Part shown: piece after piece, positions 28,327 through 42,859 of the stretch
How the letters are laid out: each line of letters begins with the position of its first letter
Position numbering within the stretch: position 1 is the first letter of the stretch
Assembly (NCBI GenBank): GCA_049999805.1
Contig: JBNGIO010005407.1
Span: 1 to 59,589 of the forward strand
Reading direction: 5' to 3'
Origin: Folioceros fuciformis
Lineage: Eukaryota
Length of the DNA stretch: 59,589 nt
The notes under the pieces: generated by a model
What the model saw: only the letters and a program-made list of their open reading frames with translations
Told to the model about the DNA's origin: nothing
The model's database searches: none
Position numbers and translations under genes: made by a program

Positions 28327-30805
28327 ATGGTGGGATCCGTCGTGTTTGGGGCAAAAATGAGCGCAATTGGTTTATGGCTTGTGATGGTTCTGGTGTTAGC
28401 TCCCGCTGGTATGCATGCAGTTCCGGCTAGGGTGTGTGAGGAATCATGTGGGGAAACGACGGTGAAGTATCCATTCGGATTGGAGTCTGGTTGCGGGGAT
28501 CAGCAGTTCGAGAAATTGCTTTCGTGCGTCGAAGAGGATCGTCTCGTCTTCAACGCTGGCTCTGACCAATATGACGTCCGCATCGACTACGAAACCCATA
28601 CCGTCAGCATCAACGACACCAGCCTTCTCAATTGCAGCACGTTGCAAGGTCCTCCTCCCCAGAACTTCAAGGTTCCTGCCAGCGCGTCCAACATTTTATT
28701 TATGACAACCAAATTCATCATCTTCTCCAACGAGGGATTCTCAGGAGGGGAGTGCGGTATTTATGGAGATGCGAACTTCACATCTCCTAGCTGTGGCGAC
28801 GACAGGGCTGTGAATTGGAACGCCACGGTCAAGAACAAAGATTCGAATTTCGGCAGCCTGGTTTCCCACAGCCCGCTGTGTTTGAGTAAGTCGGGTCCGT
28901 GGTCGGGAAAGTTCTGCATCACTTCAAACCTGCCTGATGGTGAGACGTGCTCTTGGATTCGAAGCATGGCGTGACAAGCTTAACATAGGAGTCGGAATTG
29001 TGCCACAGGTTGTTGACGAGCTGGATTTGAATTGGTGTCCAGGAACAGTAAGTGGATCATACTCGAGCATCATCCTCCAGCCGCTCAACGGCGAAGACGG
29101 TAAATCTCACGGTTTGAGCAAGGTTGTGTGCTCTCCGACGATTCAATTTTCGTACGATGCGGCATTCAATTCGCCCTCGCCCTCGCCCTCGCCCTCGCCC
29201 GCAAGCAAGCTAGGCGTTATACTGGCAGGTGAGCTGGAATCTTGGCGCTACCTACATTGTTTTGGAAAAGAGATTGTCCGTCACGATGATGAACTGACAG
29301 CATCATGGCTCTGGCTCGCCTCGCAAACAGGTGTGGCGGCAGGTGCAGCAGGCATTGCTTGTTCCGCCTTATGTTTCCTCATCCTCCGCCACCGAGGACT
29401 GAAATTCTGGAAAGGCAGGCGATCAAACGGCTATCCGAGGCGGAACCTCGCTATTATCATGAACGCAGGCTCCGGGTCGTCCTCAGGTGACTTGCCTCTA
29501 GCCTGGCCTTTTCTACCCTTAGGCTAGCTAGCTATAACTTTTCCTAACCAGGGGGGGGACCTCCATCCACTCACCTGTGGAGGCCGGACTGCACGCATTT
29601 ACAGGTCCAACGAGGTTCTCCTACAAGGAGCTGGCAACTGCAACCAAGAATTTCGCAGAAGAGGGGCGGATCGGAGGAGGCGGCTTCAGCGTGGTGTACA
29701 AAGGCAAGCTCAAAGATGGCCGCCAAGTGGCTGTGAAGAAGCTCCACCAGGCCAACCTTCAGGGCAGGCAACAATTCATGGCGGAGCTCATGGTGCTCTC
29801 TCAGGTGGATGCGCTCACACGCTCCACGCTCAGCCTGGGCTGGGCTGGGCTGGGCTGGGCTGGGCTGGCCTGGCCGAGGCCGTGCGTGGAGGCAGCTCAC
29901 CTTCTAGAAACACTTTGCTTTGTTTGCCTCTTCACAACATACATGCATGCCTGATTCGTGTCTGACTCGTACTTGGTGTTTTGCGGAATACCCTGCAGGC
30001 CAAACACGCCAACCTGGTGCGCCTCTACGGCTGCTGCCCGGAAGAGCGCATTCTGGTGTACGAGTACGTGAAAAACGGAACGCTGGCGGAGAGTCTCCAC
30101 GGGTCCCGTACCGTGCCGTTTCTCAACTGCCGCACGCGCTTGTCCATAGCGGTGGAAGTGGCGGAGGCGTTGGCCTACCTCCACTCCCTGCACCCGCCCA
30201 TAGTGCACCGTGACGTCAAGTCCAGCAACATTCTCTTGGACGAGGGATTCAGGGCCAAGGTGGGCGATTTCGGACTCAGTCGACTGCACGATGTTGAACG
30301 CACACATGTGTCGACTGCGCCGCAGGGTACACCGGGCTACCTGGACCCGGACTACCATCAGTCCTACCACCTCAGCGACAAGAGCGACGTCTACAGTTTA
30401 GGGGTGGTGCTGATGGAGCTCATTTCCGGGAAGAAGGCGGTGGACATGAACAGGGAGAGAGGGGAGGTGAACCTATCGGCCCTGGCCGCCTCCAGGATTC
30501 AGAGCGGGGCCGTCGAGGAGCTCCTACAGCCGAGGTTGGCTCGCACCGCGAGCGAGAAGGATGCCATCACGGAGCTGGCAGAGGTAGGCTTCCAATGCCT
30601 GGCAACGGAGAAAGATGACAGACCCAGCATGCAAGAGGTTGTGATGAAGATCAAGGCAATTCAGTACAGGGCATTTGCGTTTCCAACTCCCACGCTCTCT
30701 CCCTTGGTCTCGCACGAAACCATTGTGCTAATCAAATCCAAGTCCCAAGATTGGGTTCCTTCAGAATCGTATCCTGGGTTGGACGTTGAGCTTCAAGGGA
30801 GATGA
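28327..30805 (+). CDS. WAK/LRK10-like receptor-like kinase (Cys-rich GUB_WAK-type ectodomain, TM, Ser/Thr kinase); frame discontinuity near 28940-29020
   Basis: Signal peptide, C...CG...VKYPFG...GCG, SPSPSP linker, TM helix, [70 protein letters not shown]. Confidence 0.85.
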
Positions 30806-31234
30806 CGAGGGAGGGTACAAGGAAGGAGACCTACTTCTGACTCGTGAGGATCAGACGTTCATAAATTTACAGATGAAGAGGTGCTTGCGGCTTGCAAGAC
30901 GGAAGGGGGCTGTCTACTTACTTGCACATCGCTGCTTTGCTCTCATGGGGCTGGGTTACAGCCTGCATCTAGCCAGAGACAAACCTGAGCATGTTGAGGA
31001 AACACGTCCTTGGCTGGCAAAAGGGTGCCCTAACCTGCTTTTATAAAAGGTTGAGTGAGCCGGCCAGGAGAAAGCAGGCTAGACTGAGCGTTGCAGGAGT
31101 AATGAATGTAAATCCTAGGAGATCAGTGCCAGAATCTACGCGACGAAATAGAAATTAGTCCAAGGACGACGACAGTCTCGTGTCGACACTCCACAAATTC
31201 TCATTACAACAATGGAAAATCTCAAAACTTGGCG

Positions 31235-33737
31235 CTAGCAGTCCAGATCTTGGAAGTATTCCTCTGGCACAGGTCCCACGGCTGGCAAAGCTGAGACGCA
31301 TTTGAACTGATGGGCAGGGCAAGTAGACATGCGAATGAGAACCACAACTCAACCACAGAATGTAGGCGAGGGCAGAAGCAACAAAGTTGAACATTGCACT
31401 CACCTTATGCTGCTTGTACTTCTCTCGAATTGCAGGCAGTGTGCATTTCTTTGTGTTGTTCTGCAGCTCGTGGATGGCGTGCACGCATTCCCTCAGTTCT
31501 GAGGGCCGATAGCCAGTGTAATGCTGCAATGTGGCATTCTGTAGACGAGGAAATATGGGTGAGGCATACCGATAGAAAGAGAAACAAACTGCAGTAACTG
31601 CACGAGCGAACTGACAAACATACCCAGGGCCTGGTTGCAGGGTCGAGGGTCAGCTTGGCCACAAACACGGCAGAGGCTGCCACCAAAGATGGCAGGAAGT
31701 GCAGGAACGAATACTCTACTAGGGTAAGCTCAGCGAGGAAGTTCCCAAGAAACTCCAGCTGAAGAGTAGGCACCTGCAGAATTCCCAAGCTGATCAGAAC
31801 GAGAGGGTGCAGATGTGAAAGCAGTTAGCATTAAGATCCGAGCTTCGTAGAGGGCTTACCTTGAAGCCAGCTTGCGCTGCGCGGATGAACCGTCTAAGAT
31901 AACAGCAAAAGGACTATTAAACGGCGACGGACCATGAAGATCGCAGAAATACACAGCGCCGAAAGCACTAGATAAGCCCACGTACCGAAGGAAACTCTTG
32001 GTTGTGGGTGTGGTCAACTCAAACCGCAAATTATTGAGAACACGTCTTTCCATCTCCAAAACCTGAATTCATCAGGAGACCGTGTTCAGTGACGGCAAAA
32101 ACAAAGTTGCGATAGTTTCGAAAAGTAAACTACTCAGTTCACCAGCAACTCACTTCCTCTTTCGCGTAAGTATTATCCGTGATATAGCAGAACTCTTCAA
32201 CCTGGGGTGCACAGATCTCCTCGTATTTGCTGAACAGAAAAGGCTGATAAGAAACTGGATGGGAACGCGCTACGCGCTTCCTGAAAGACTGAGTGCAACA
32301 GCTAACACGACTCACGCAGCGATGAGCATGCAGGACACGCCGAGCAGTTGCAGACGTTGTCGATTCACAATATTGGAAGACAGGAAACGGTCGATGTAGG
32401 ACACCGTAAGGTAGAGTGTGTCTGGCACTAGTTTATACTCTTCAGCGACCTGGAGAATGAACCAGCCTCAGTTAAAATCAACAACAAGACCCGAGAAAGA
32501 TGGTTCGACCGTGTCTCCACACCCACCTCAACGAGCCAGTCTATGAGAATCCCTCTCATGCTGGAGTTGATGTCCTGCTGAATGTTCTCCATGAAGTCGG
32601 TGGCAGGTCTTCTCTTCAGCTGGAAAATGGAGGAGCGATCACGTCAGAAAATCTGATCGACTCCAGAAGCGTAAAGAAAAATTGAAACAACAAACTGTCT
32701 CTTGAAGGGCGACGAGGCAAGACCCGTCACCTCTGATAGGCGCAGGTGCTGGTAAATGTCTGTGGCATACACACTGCACATCTGAGGGTCCGCATTGTCG
32801 ATATCAATGTCGGTGTAGTTCAACCTATTCGACCAACCTACTCCTTCGGTTGCGTTTTCCACAAAGAGCCCTCCTGTGCCATCACAGGTATCCATGAGAT
32901 CCTGGAAGAACAAAAAAAATGCAGCAAGAAAATGAGAACGCTGGAAACAAAAAGAATCCTACCTGCTCTAACTCTTGGCTTTGATTCCCTCGAAATGTAG
33001 AGATTTTGGTTAGTTCTCCTCTCCAGCGAAGCTATGGTGGCAGCATTTACATTAACCGGAGGCTCCTGATCCGTTGAGCTCTGGCTTCCGACCACAAGAC
33101 TTTCAGCAGGCCTCTCCTCCTCCTTCATATCTATGTTCCCATCTGCTCCAGCAGGGGGAGCATTTTCATTGCTATGCGGCGAAGCAGCACTTGTGGCCGT
33201 GCTTCGTGTGGCATTATGCCCCACGTTGGAAGAGCTTTTCCTAGAAAGCGCGCTAGCACTCGCCGGATGTCCATTCTCCACCTCCCGGGCTGCCACTGCT
33301 CGCGTCTTTCCCTTAGCCGACTGCACCACAGCCTGGAGCTCACAACACCAAAACAAGCTCAGGCTGCATCCTTCACCGGCACACCGTCAGTCCAAGCACG
33401 GACCAAACCAGCACCTCACCTGAGCCTTGGACACGGTGCGGGTCGCAGGAATGTTGGAGTGATTGGAAAGATTGGCCAGCGCCGCACGTTTCTTGGCCTG
33501 CTGCACCGGAGCAGTGGACGCAGCCCGAGCGCTCTCATCCATGGCCGCACGCTTTGCGGCAGCTCTGGTCCGCCTCATGTCGTCTCCAGCTGCTCCCGGG
33601 CCGGCGCCAGCACCAGCACTGGCACCAGCACAAGCGCCGCTAGCTGCACCGCTTGCAGTCCCACTTGTACCAGAGTAGGACGCCCGGGTCCGCTGCCGGC
33701 GAGCAGCAGCCGCAGCAGGTTCCCCGGCTCCGGACAT
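31235..33737 (-). CDS. A-type cyclin, multi-exon
   Basis: D-box KKRAALANLSN, DPQMCSVYATDIYQHLR, MRGILIDWLVEVAEEYKLVPDTLYL, KYEEICAP, MERRVLNNLRFELTTPT, LEFLGNFLAELTLVEY, ending EEYFQDLDC*. Confidence 0.94.
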
Positions 33738-34149
33738 TGCCTCCGGGACTCCTCCTTCCGCACACACTAGATCCGGGAGGCCTCCACCACACTCCCCGCT
33801 TCACCTGTTGCTTCTCTGCAGCTTTTTCACTCTTTCCATGCCTTCTCCAGTCCCTGCTTGCATCGACCTCCCTTCTTGCATCTGCAACCTCAGCCTAGGC
33901 CGGAATTGCCTCCGCCGCGGGCGTCTCCCGCCTCCAATTCGTAGCAGCTCTCACAAAAACACAAGAATGCACCAAACCAGGAAAAAACCTAGGACCACCG
34001 CCGATGGAAGAGCTCCTCCGATTCCCACACCACACAAAGCTGCACCGCCGCAACCTCTATCGGCTGTGAGCACAGCACAGCAACCAGCAAATGCGACAGC
34101 GGTTGGCTCCACACCAGCAGGCCGCCCGGAGCGAGGGACCAGACCAGAC

Positions 34150-34485
34150 GGAGCAACGGAATGCGCACTGCGCCTTGCATTAGAAGCACAAGCAGTGCCC
34201 GAGCACTGCTGGCTGGGCGGGGAAACGGACACGAGGCAGGCAGACTGCGCGGGCCCGCGCATTTTGAAATGCGAACCGGCAAACGGGATGCCGGTAACCC
34301 GTTGCGCGGCGAAACTGGCGATGCAGTCGCTTCACTTTGAATTTGAACTTGCACCAGCAGGTTGCGCCGGTATTGCCTCGCGGTCACGTTGAAAAAGGGA
34401 GGCCTGGCGCCAATCGTGTGAGGCGCCAGAATTTGACGTTTGAAGCACGGTCTCGCCGACCCCGTTCCGTCTGGAGCCGTTATCT
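34150..34485 (-). promoter_or_regulatory. Cluster of MSA-core (AACGG) and E2F-like motifs upstream of cyclin A
   Basis: Six AACGG/CCGTT cores (34155, 34224, 34282, 34299, 34462, 34477). WTTSSCSS matches at 34307-34314 and 34407-34414. Confidence 0.5.
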
Positions 34486-34762
34486 TAACCGCGATCGTCC
34501 TGGGGACGTGCGGGTTCGAACTCTGTGTTCCAGCCTTGGGCAGCAAAGTTTTTAAACTGGACAACGCAGGACAAAAGGCGCACGTATCCATAACCACAAC
34601 GCACAAGCCAACAGAATGTGCCCGGCCCCGCTTCGAGGCACAGAGGCATCCAGGTACAGTAGGTGTACCCTAATTTTCTTGCAACCCGCTCGCAGCTAGG
34701 TCTTCTATGGTAGAAGCATGTTCCTTCCCCTTTGTTCTCTTCTGCACTTGGACAATGCCAAA

Positions 34763-35110
34763 GCGGAGTGTTCCGAGCTTAGCAACTTGTATCAGAGTGG
34801 AGTGATGCAAGCTTAACAACTGGTATCAAAGTGGAGTGTTCTGGAGTGATTCAAGCTTAACAACTGGTATGAGTGTGCAGTGTTTCGGAGTGATCCAAGC
34901 TTAACAATTGGTATCAAAGCGGAGTGTTCCAAAGTGATCCAAGCTTAACAACTGGTATGAGTGTGGAGTGTTTTGGAGTGATCCAAGCTTAACAATTGGT
35001 ATCAAAGTGGAGTGTTCCAGAGTGATCCAAGCTTAACAATTGGTATCCGAGCCTTCTACAACATTCAAAGCATGCAGTGTTGCAAGCTTAACAACGAGTA
35101 TCAGAGCCTT
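34763..35110 (+). repeat. 44-bp tandem array (~8 units), each carrying a PBS-like TGGTATC(A)RAG motif
   Basis: Unit GGAGTGTTCCAGAGTGATCCAAGCTTAACAATTGGTATCAAAGT, with GCTTAACAA recurring every 44 bp from 34811 to 35031. Variants alternate, giving an 88-bp higher-order period. Confidence 0.92.
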
Positions 35111-35866
35111 GTACACCACTCCAAACATGCAAGGAAGCTTGGTTGCAAGGCAAAGGATTTGGCAAAAAGGGATTATGGCCAAAGAGATTTAGTGTAAAGT
35201 TGTAGGGGGCATGGAGCAATCTAGTATGGATGCTTGGATGGAAGGATTGATCTCAATTGATTGCGTGTTACACACCTCAAACAAGCATTGCAAAAACCTT
35301 TAGAGATCCATGGGAATCCCATGTTAGCAAGAGGGCTGTCATGAAGTGTGGAGAAAGTGAAGGGACCAAAGCCTAAGAACTTTGATGGGAAGGAAGTACC
35401 AAGAGCAGTGACACATCTAGATTATCAAGTAAGGAGGTGTATGCGATTATAATATAATTGTATGAAAAATGCTTGTTAACAATACAATAATATAGATAAA
35501 TAGTATCACTAATTGTGTTAGAAACAAGTGTTAAGAGATAGAAAAAAAATATCTTCATATGTATGAAGTACTTCATGAAAACACTCTTCAATAAATGCAA
35601 AGGCACTTTAAAGACCTTGGTCCTGTCGTTGTTTTTTTTGTTGTTGTGAGGGAGGGATTGAGATTCATAGGGTAGGTTGTTCGTGTCTAAATTTCTCGCA
35701 ACTTGAACTTCAAGTCCTCCGCGCCTGGCCTAAATACATACATACATACTTCGGAAGGCTTAGGAACGTTGGTGACTGTATCATACAGTCTACACCGCGC
35801 AAGACTGTGTAATACAGTCCATTCCTCGCAAGTTTAGGGTGCCTGGAGCAAAGGAAGGCCGAAGGC

Positions 35867-38006
<2,140 letters not shown>

Positions 38007-38256
38007 AACTATGGACGGCTCAAAGCCATTGCCTTGGTTACCTGCACGGTGATGGCACACACGGGGTACTATGGATTCTGTATATTGTGAAGAATGCTAT
38101 TGCAAAAGTCTCCGGGCAGAAAGCCTCTTTTTAACTTCAGAATGAATATATAGAAGCCGGAGTCAATGACGCATGCGATATCACGCACGCGGACGCTGTG
38201 CGCGTCATAACAGTTTACGGCCTTTTCTGGACAAGAAAGGCATGGCACGCGGAGAA

Positions 38257-39800
38257 CTACCCTTCTACTAGCTTCACGAGTGATCCAAACACATTCTGCT
38301 TGATGCTCAGCAGCTCCACATTGAACTGCAGAGATCAAGGTTGGGTACAGACCCCAAACGTAAAACATAGGAAAGACGACCACGCACTACATAAAGCCTG
38401 TGAAGTCACTGCGACACAATTTTTGGAAGAGACAAAATACCTCTAGGGTGGAGTTTGGTGGAAGTTCCTGCACCGCCCTTTTGCCATACGCCAGGCCAGG
38501 AGGTACAATAAGAAGACGCTGCAATGCGAAAAGGAGACAAAACCTTCAACAACCATGCAACACCATGGGACAAGAAATCAGCCCATGACTTGTGATATGA
38601 GCGCACCTGGCCGCCTACTCTCATGCCCAGGACTCCCTCATCGAGACCCTTTAAGACCAGTCCTTGCTCAGAAGTTCCAACGTCGAATCCATACGGCTGG
38701 CATGACATGAGACTTCATGAAAACGTTGCATCACAAAACATGGCGTGCATTATGTGCAAATACTTACAGTGCCACCCGTGACACCCATGCCTTGCCTGCT
38801 TGTCATGAATGTTAACCCTTTCCACTTTGCGACGTAGTGAATCTGAGGAAGGGAGGAGAGAAGGGTCTGGTTGAGCTTGATATCCCTAACGTAACCAGCA
38901 AATGCTTTCAGAGCAGATGTGCGACACATCCCATCGTCTCTATCCTACTGAGGAGAATCACCAACCGCAACTCTTGACCCCTTCACCGCAGTCTCCCCAC
39001 CTCCAACTTTCAAATCATAGTATCTGGCAAGGATTAAAGGAGATAGGGCTGTGAGCAGACACCGGGGGTAAGCAGGCAGAGCATGCAGACGGAAATCACA
39101 ACACACGGCACTCGCAGATCATGTGTGTTGCATCTCACTTGAGGCCGCTGGGCAGAGTCTTGTACTCGCTCTCGGGAACCTGTTCACCCCTGAGCTGTAT
39201 ACAGCACCCAACAAGGCTGAGCTGTCTTCCAAAATAGGGAAGCCGCAAATGCAATTCTTACTTCAGAGTGTACAGCTTACGGCTCTTCTGCTTGTGGATA
39301 CTGCTTCAGCTGGGTCTTCAGTAGCAGCCCAGGATGCTGCGGGCATACGTACATACAGCGGCCAAAGGTCACACCAATCTACTCCTGCTGCAGCCCTCTC
39401 CCGTGCAGACATGGGACTTACCAAGAAACGTGCCCCCCACAAGCGTCTGGATAGCCAGGTCTCGTCTGGACCAGACTGGAGCATGTTGGGGAGCGCTGGC
39501 CTCGGAAGCCTCATCTCTTGCACACCTCACAACCGATGCATTTGCCCTGGGAGCTCGGGGAATCTGCCCACAACCATGAACCCATCCTGTACAACAATTT
39601 CCTCATAGCGTGACAACGCTGAAGCACATTTGAACTTCCTTGGTCGCTAAAGGAAGAAGTTGGGGCCAGTAGAAGCTCACGTGTCCACGCACTCAAACTT
39701 GTTCACCTGTCGCTATGGAAGCTGGCCAGCAACACACACGGCCAGCCTGCGCCGACGAGAAGCCTGCAAGGCCGACGCTGGAACTGTAGCCCATCGCCAT
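38257..39800 (-). CDS. FKBP16-4: Chloroplast lumenal FKBP-type peptidyl-prolyl isomerase, FKBP16-4-like, multi-exon
   Basis: Spliced exons give EYKTLPSGLK-YYDLKVGGG-IHYVAKWKGLTFMTSRQGMGVTGGT-PYGFDVG..VLKGLDEGVLGMRVGGQ-RLLIVPPGLAYG...ELLSIKQNVFGSLVKLVEG*. Confidence 0.88.
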
Positions 39801-40325
39801 CCTCCCCTTCCGCAGCCACTGTTAGTAATCTGGTAGCAGACATTTACACCAGACAGAATTTGGTTTGCAGGTGGGTGTACGGAGGGGTTAGTGGAGACCC
39901 ACCATGTGGTCGATTTCTCATTGATAAAAATTGGACATGGAGATGCAGAAAGTAGATGGTTCTCGCTCCCTCTTCACAAAACTGTTCTAACGCTAGTACA
40001 AAGTCCTGACTCGCAACGTAACGTGAGCCAGGATTACAATGCAACAATGTGGCAACAATGGAGGAGCCTGGGAGACAAGATGTCTCTGGAGTTCTTAGTA
40101 GAGCTGCTGACTCCATCCTGACAGGAGATAAAACTTGAATACTCTTGATGAATGTGTACACAACAAATAGGCAACCCTTCCTGTTGTTGTTCGACTTATG
40201 AGTCGCTTGCTCTGGCCTTGGTGAGGAGAAGTAGATCATGATGGAAACCCTATCAAGTACTTAGAGTAAGCATGATCTGGTGTTTAACGGAAATATGTTT
40301 CCAGTAAAAGGAGGCCCGCCCTCTG

Positions 40326-41354
40326 CTACGATCTCACACCGGCGAGGCGAGCACGCAATGCTTCAAGTTCAGCTGCTTCATCATCCTCTCCCACACCTTG
40401 TTGCTGCAATGGGGTCAACGAAACATCACAATGAAACTGGAGGAGAGCGAAAAGCTGGGAACCATGCGATATAGGGTAGTAACACAAACTAACCTCCTGT
40501 TCTGATGGTTCTTCTGCAGCCTGCTGCTTCTGCTTTTCCCTTCTCGCGGCCGTGGGCAGCTGCGCAGCTGTTTCCCCAGCTAATTCAGACAGAACCTTAT
40601 CGACCTCCACCTCAGTTTCCTCTTCGATGTCATCAGAATCGAGGGCTGATTCCAGAGACTCGTTCACCATCTCTTCCACAACCCCCGCCTGCAGAACAAC
40701 GCTACGGACCGTGACCCTCGAATGAATGCTTCGCAAACGCACTAACTGAGAAGCCCTACCTTCATCAATTCCTTGGATAATTCTTGCATGTTGTTGGCTA
40801 TTTCCGGTGCCTTGACAAGGCCGTTCACCAGCTTCATCACCTCTGTGCTCTTTGACAGGTGTCCTACGACCCTGACAGTTGCTGCAGACCATGGGATGAG
40901 ATCAGGCCGCATCCTCTCATGGCAGCACAGAATTGCGTCTCCACATGGTTGGTGCACCACTTACTTACCCACGCTTTCTCCAAGATGCATCGACAGAGAG
41001 TTCAATTGAGCCCTGTTTTCATACAGGCGTGCCACCACTCTCCTCGAGCCGACCAGCTCTCTTGCCAAAGACTGCAGCAAAACCGTGTGGCACTTTTAGA
41101 CATCCGTCGTGTCAGGAGGGACGAGCCTTAGGTTCCAGGAGCCAAGAGGACAAGAGGGGGATCACCTTGGCAGATGTCATGTCATTCCGCTTTGCTGCTT
41201 CTCGGATGGTCTTCTGGACATTCTTCTCTTCTCGTTGAATGTCTCGAATTTGCCGCTCGATGGTGCGTCCTTCTTGACGCAGCTTACGTTGCCATTCCCG
41301 CAGCTGCTCCTGGGGAGAGGGCTTGGGCTTGAGCAGGCTCTTAACCTTGTCCAT
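40326..41354 (-). CDS. VPS24: ESCRT-III subunit VPS24/CHMP3, multi-exon
   Basis: MDKVKSLLKPKPSPQEQLREWQRKLRQE..IERQIRDIQREEK, AQLNSLSMHLGE, GHLSKSTEVMKLVN, AGVVEEMVNESLESALD, ending LRARLAGVRS*. Confidence 0.94.
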
Positions 41355-41866
41355 GTCCGTCCCCCCGGCCCCTGCCCCGCCAAAGCCCCTCCTTTCTCAG
41401 CCTCTCTTCACCTTGCAAACGCTGCTGGAGTACGACAGTCTTCCACTTCCTGTAATCCCATTCAATTCCGGCACTACAGAACCTGTAGCAGATTTCAACC
41501 TATGCTTCACGCACTTCCAAGGTCATCTTTCGCCATACGCCGGATTCCTGAGGTTGGAGACGGCAAGTTGGCGCGCGTCCGGTGGTGGTATAAAATACAC
41601 GGCAATTGCTAAACTTGAACTTTCGCTGCAAGTTGAGAATGTTCTGTTTGCGACGCGCTGACGATAGCGAGATCAGGGAGGGAGGAGTTGTGGCGGATGT
41701 GCTGCTTAAACCAGATTGCTCTTTGCACTGCGAGCTGATTTGCTGAAAGTGAGTGACGCGGCTAGTGTTGTGTGAGATACCTATGTCTGGCGTCAAGTCT
41801 GATTCCTGTGAAGCCGGATCTAAGAATGGCCTGGTGCTGCCATCCGAGGATTGATGCTGCTGCTTT

Positions 41867-42859
41867 ATGGAGAGGCGATCTACATCCACTGGAGTGTCAT
41901 ATGGGTCTGTCCATGTGCTGGCAGAAAAGGAGGAAGCGGCGTGGAGCAAGGCCCGGAGAAAAGGCGGGGCACGGAGGATATCCAGTTTGCTTACCAGGCT
42001 GAAGGAGAGAATTCAGCTACGGCGACGATCCCCTGCTTCTGTGAACGATTTCGTGAGAGCCGCTGTGCAGCCTTCGGCGCCACCGATGCATCTCATGGTG
42101 CCAGAGCAGGGTCTGTCGTACACTACTTCGGTCTCACATGATATGAGGGTTGCCTCTCTCCCCGTGCAACACGTTGTGCACCAAGAGCCATGCCAGCAGC
42201 AGCTAAAGCAGCAGCACATCTCCGTAGAGCAGCAGCCCTCTGTGGTCCAGGCAGGCAGCTGCGGAGATCTGTCATGGTTGTGGGACTTTTACAGCATAGA
42301 TTGGAATCCAAAGGAGTACCATGTGAAGTTCCGGCAGCATTTGCAAGGGTACAGGATTGGAGCAAACTTGAGGATGACAGGTTTGGGAAAGGCAGACCCT
42401 GTTGGCTCTGGGAGTTCTCCGCTTGGTCTCGCTGTCCTTGGCTATCAGGTCCAGGGACTTGACACAAAGCTTGTGTTGAAACCGGCCGCAACAGATCGGA
42501 AGTGGAAGATTATATGGGAGCCTCAGTACACCGATGTCCGTTTGCTGACCAAGAAAATCCCACTGTGTCCCTGGGTGAACCTGCAAGTTGGGTTGGGTCA
42601 CAACTTCCAAGACGGTACAACAGGTTGGAAGTGGAAGCTCACCACATCTTTGTGGGGCTCGACCGTCAACCAGATCCAGCATAAAACATCATTTCCTACT
42701 TGTCCTGGTCTGGATTTCCGTGTGGGCTGGAATGCAGAGTACTCCTTGCCTGACATCCATGGTGGACTGGGCACTGGTGAGCCCATCCTCGGAATGAACA
42801 TTGGTCACCTACACGGTTCCCTGGAGAGGCTAGAGGCCATTTTTACCAGACGTAGCTGA
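41867..42859 (+). CDS. Uncharacterised protein with Trp/Gly-rich, probably beta-stranded C-terminal domain; single exon
   Basis: 330-aa ORF. The C-terminal half (KLVLKP..DRKWKIIWEP..DVRLLTKKIP..NLQVGLGHNF..GWKWKLT..PGLDFRVGWNAEY.LP..GGLGTGEP) resembles a conserved plant protein of unknown function, from recollection only. Confidence 0.72.
   Translation: MERRSTSTGVSYGSVHVLAEKEEAAWSKARRKGGARRISSLLTRLKERIQLRRRSPASVNDFVRAAVQPSAPPMHLMVPEQGLSYTTSVSHDMRVASLPVQHVVHQEPCQQQLKQQHISVEQQPSVVQAGSCGDLSWLWDFYSIDWNPKEYHVKFRQHLQGYRIGANLRMTGLGKADPVGSGSSPLGLAVLGYQVQGLDTKLVLKPAATDRKWKIIWEPQYTDVRLLTKKIPLCPWVNLQVGLGHNFQDGTTGWKWKLTTSLWGSTVNQIQHKTSFPTCPGLDFRVGWNAEYSLPDIHGGLGTGEPILGMNIGHLHGSLERLEAIFTRRS

Noticed and set aside
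29835-29870. (GGGCT)n run
   Set aside because: A simple intronic microsatellite. It has G-quadruplex potential but there is no evidence of function.
34763-35110. CRISPR-like regular repeat
   Set aside because: The intervening sequence is itself repeated with no unique spacers, the context is eukaryotic, and there are no cas genes.
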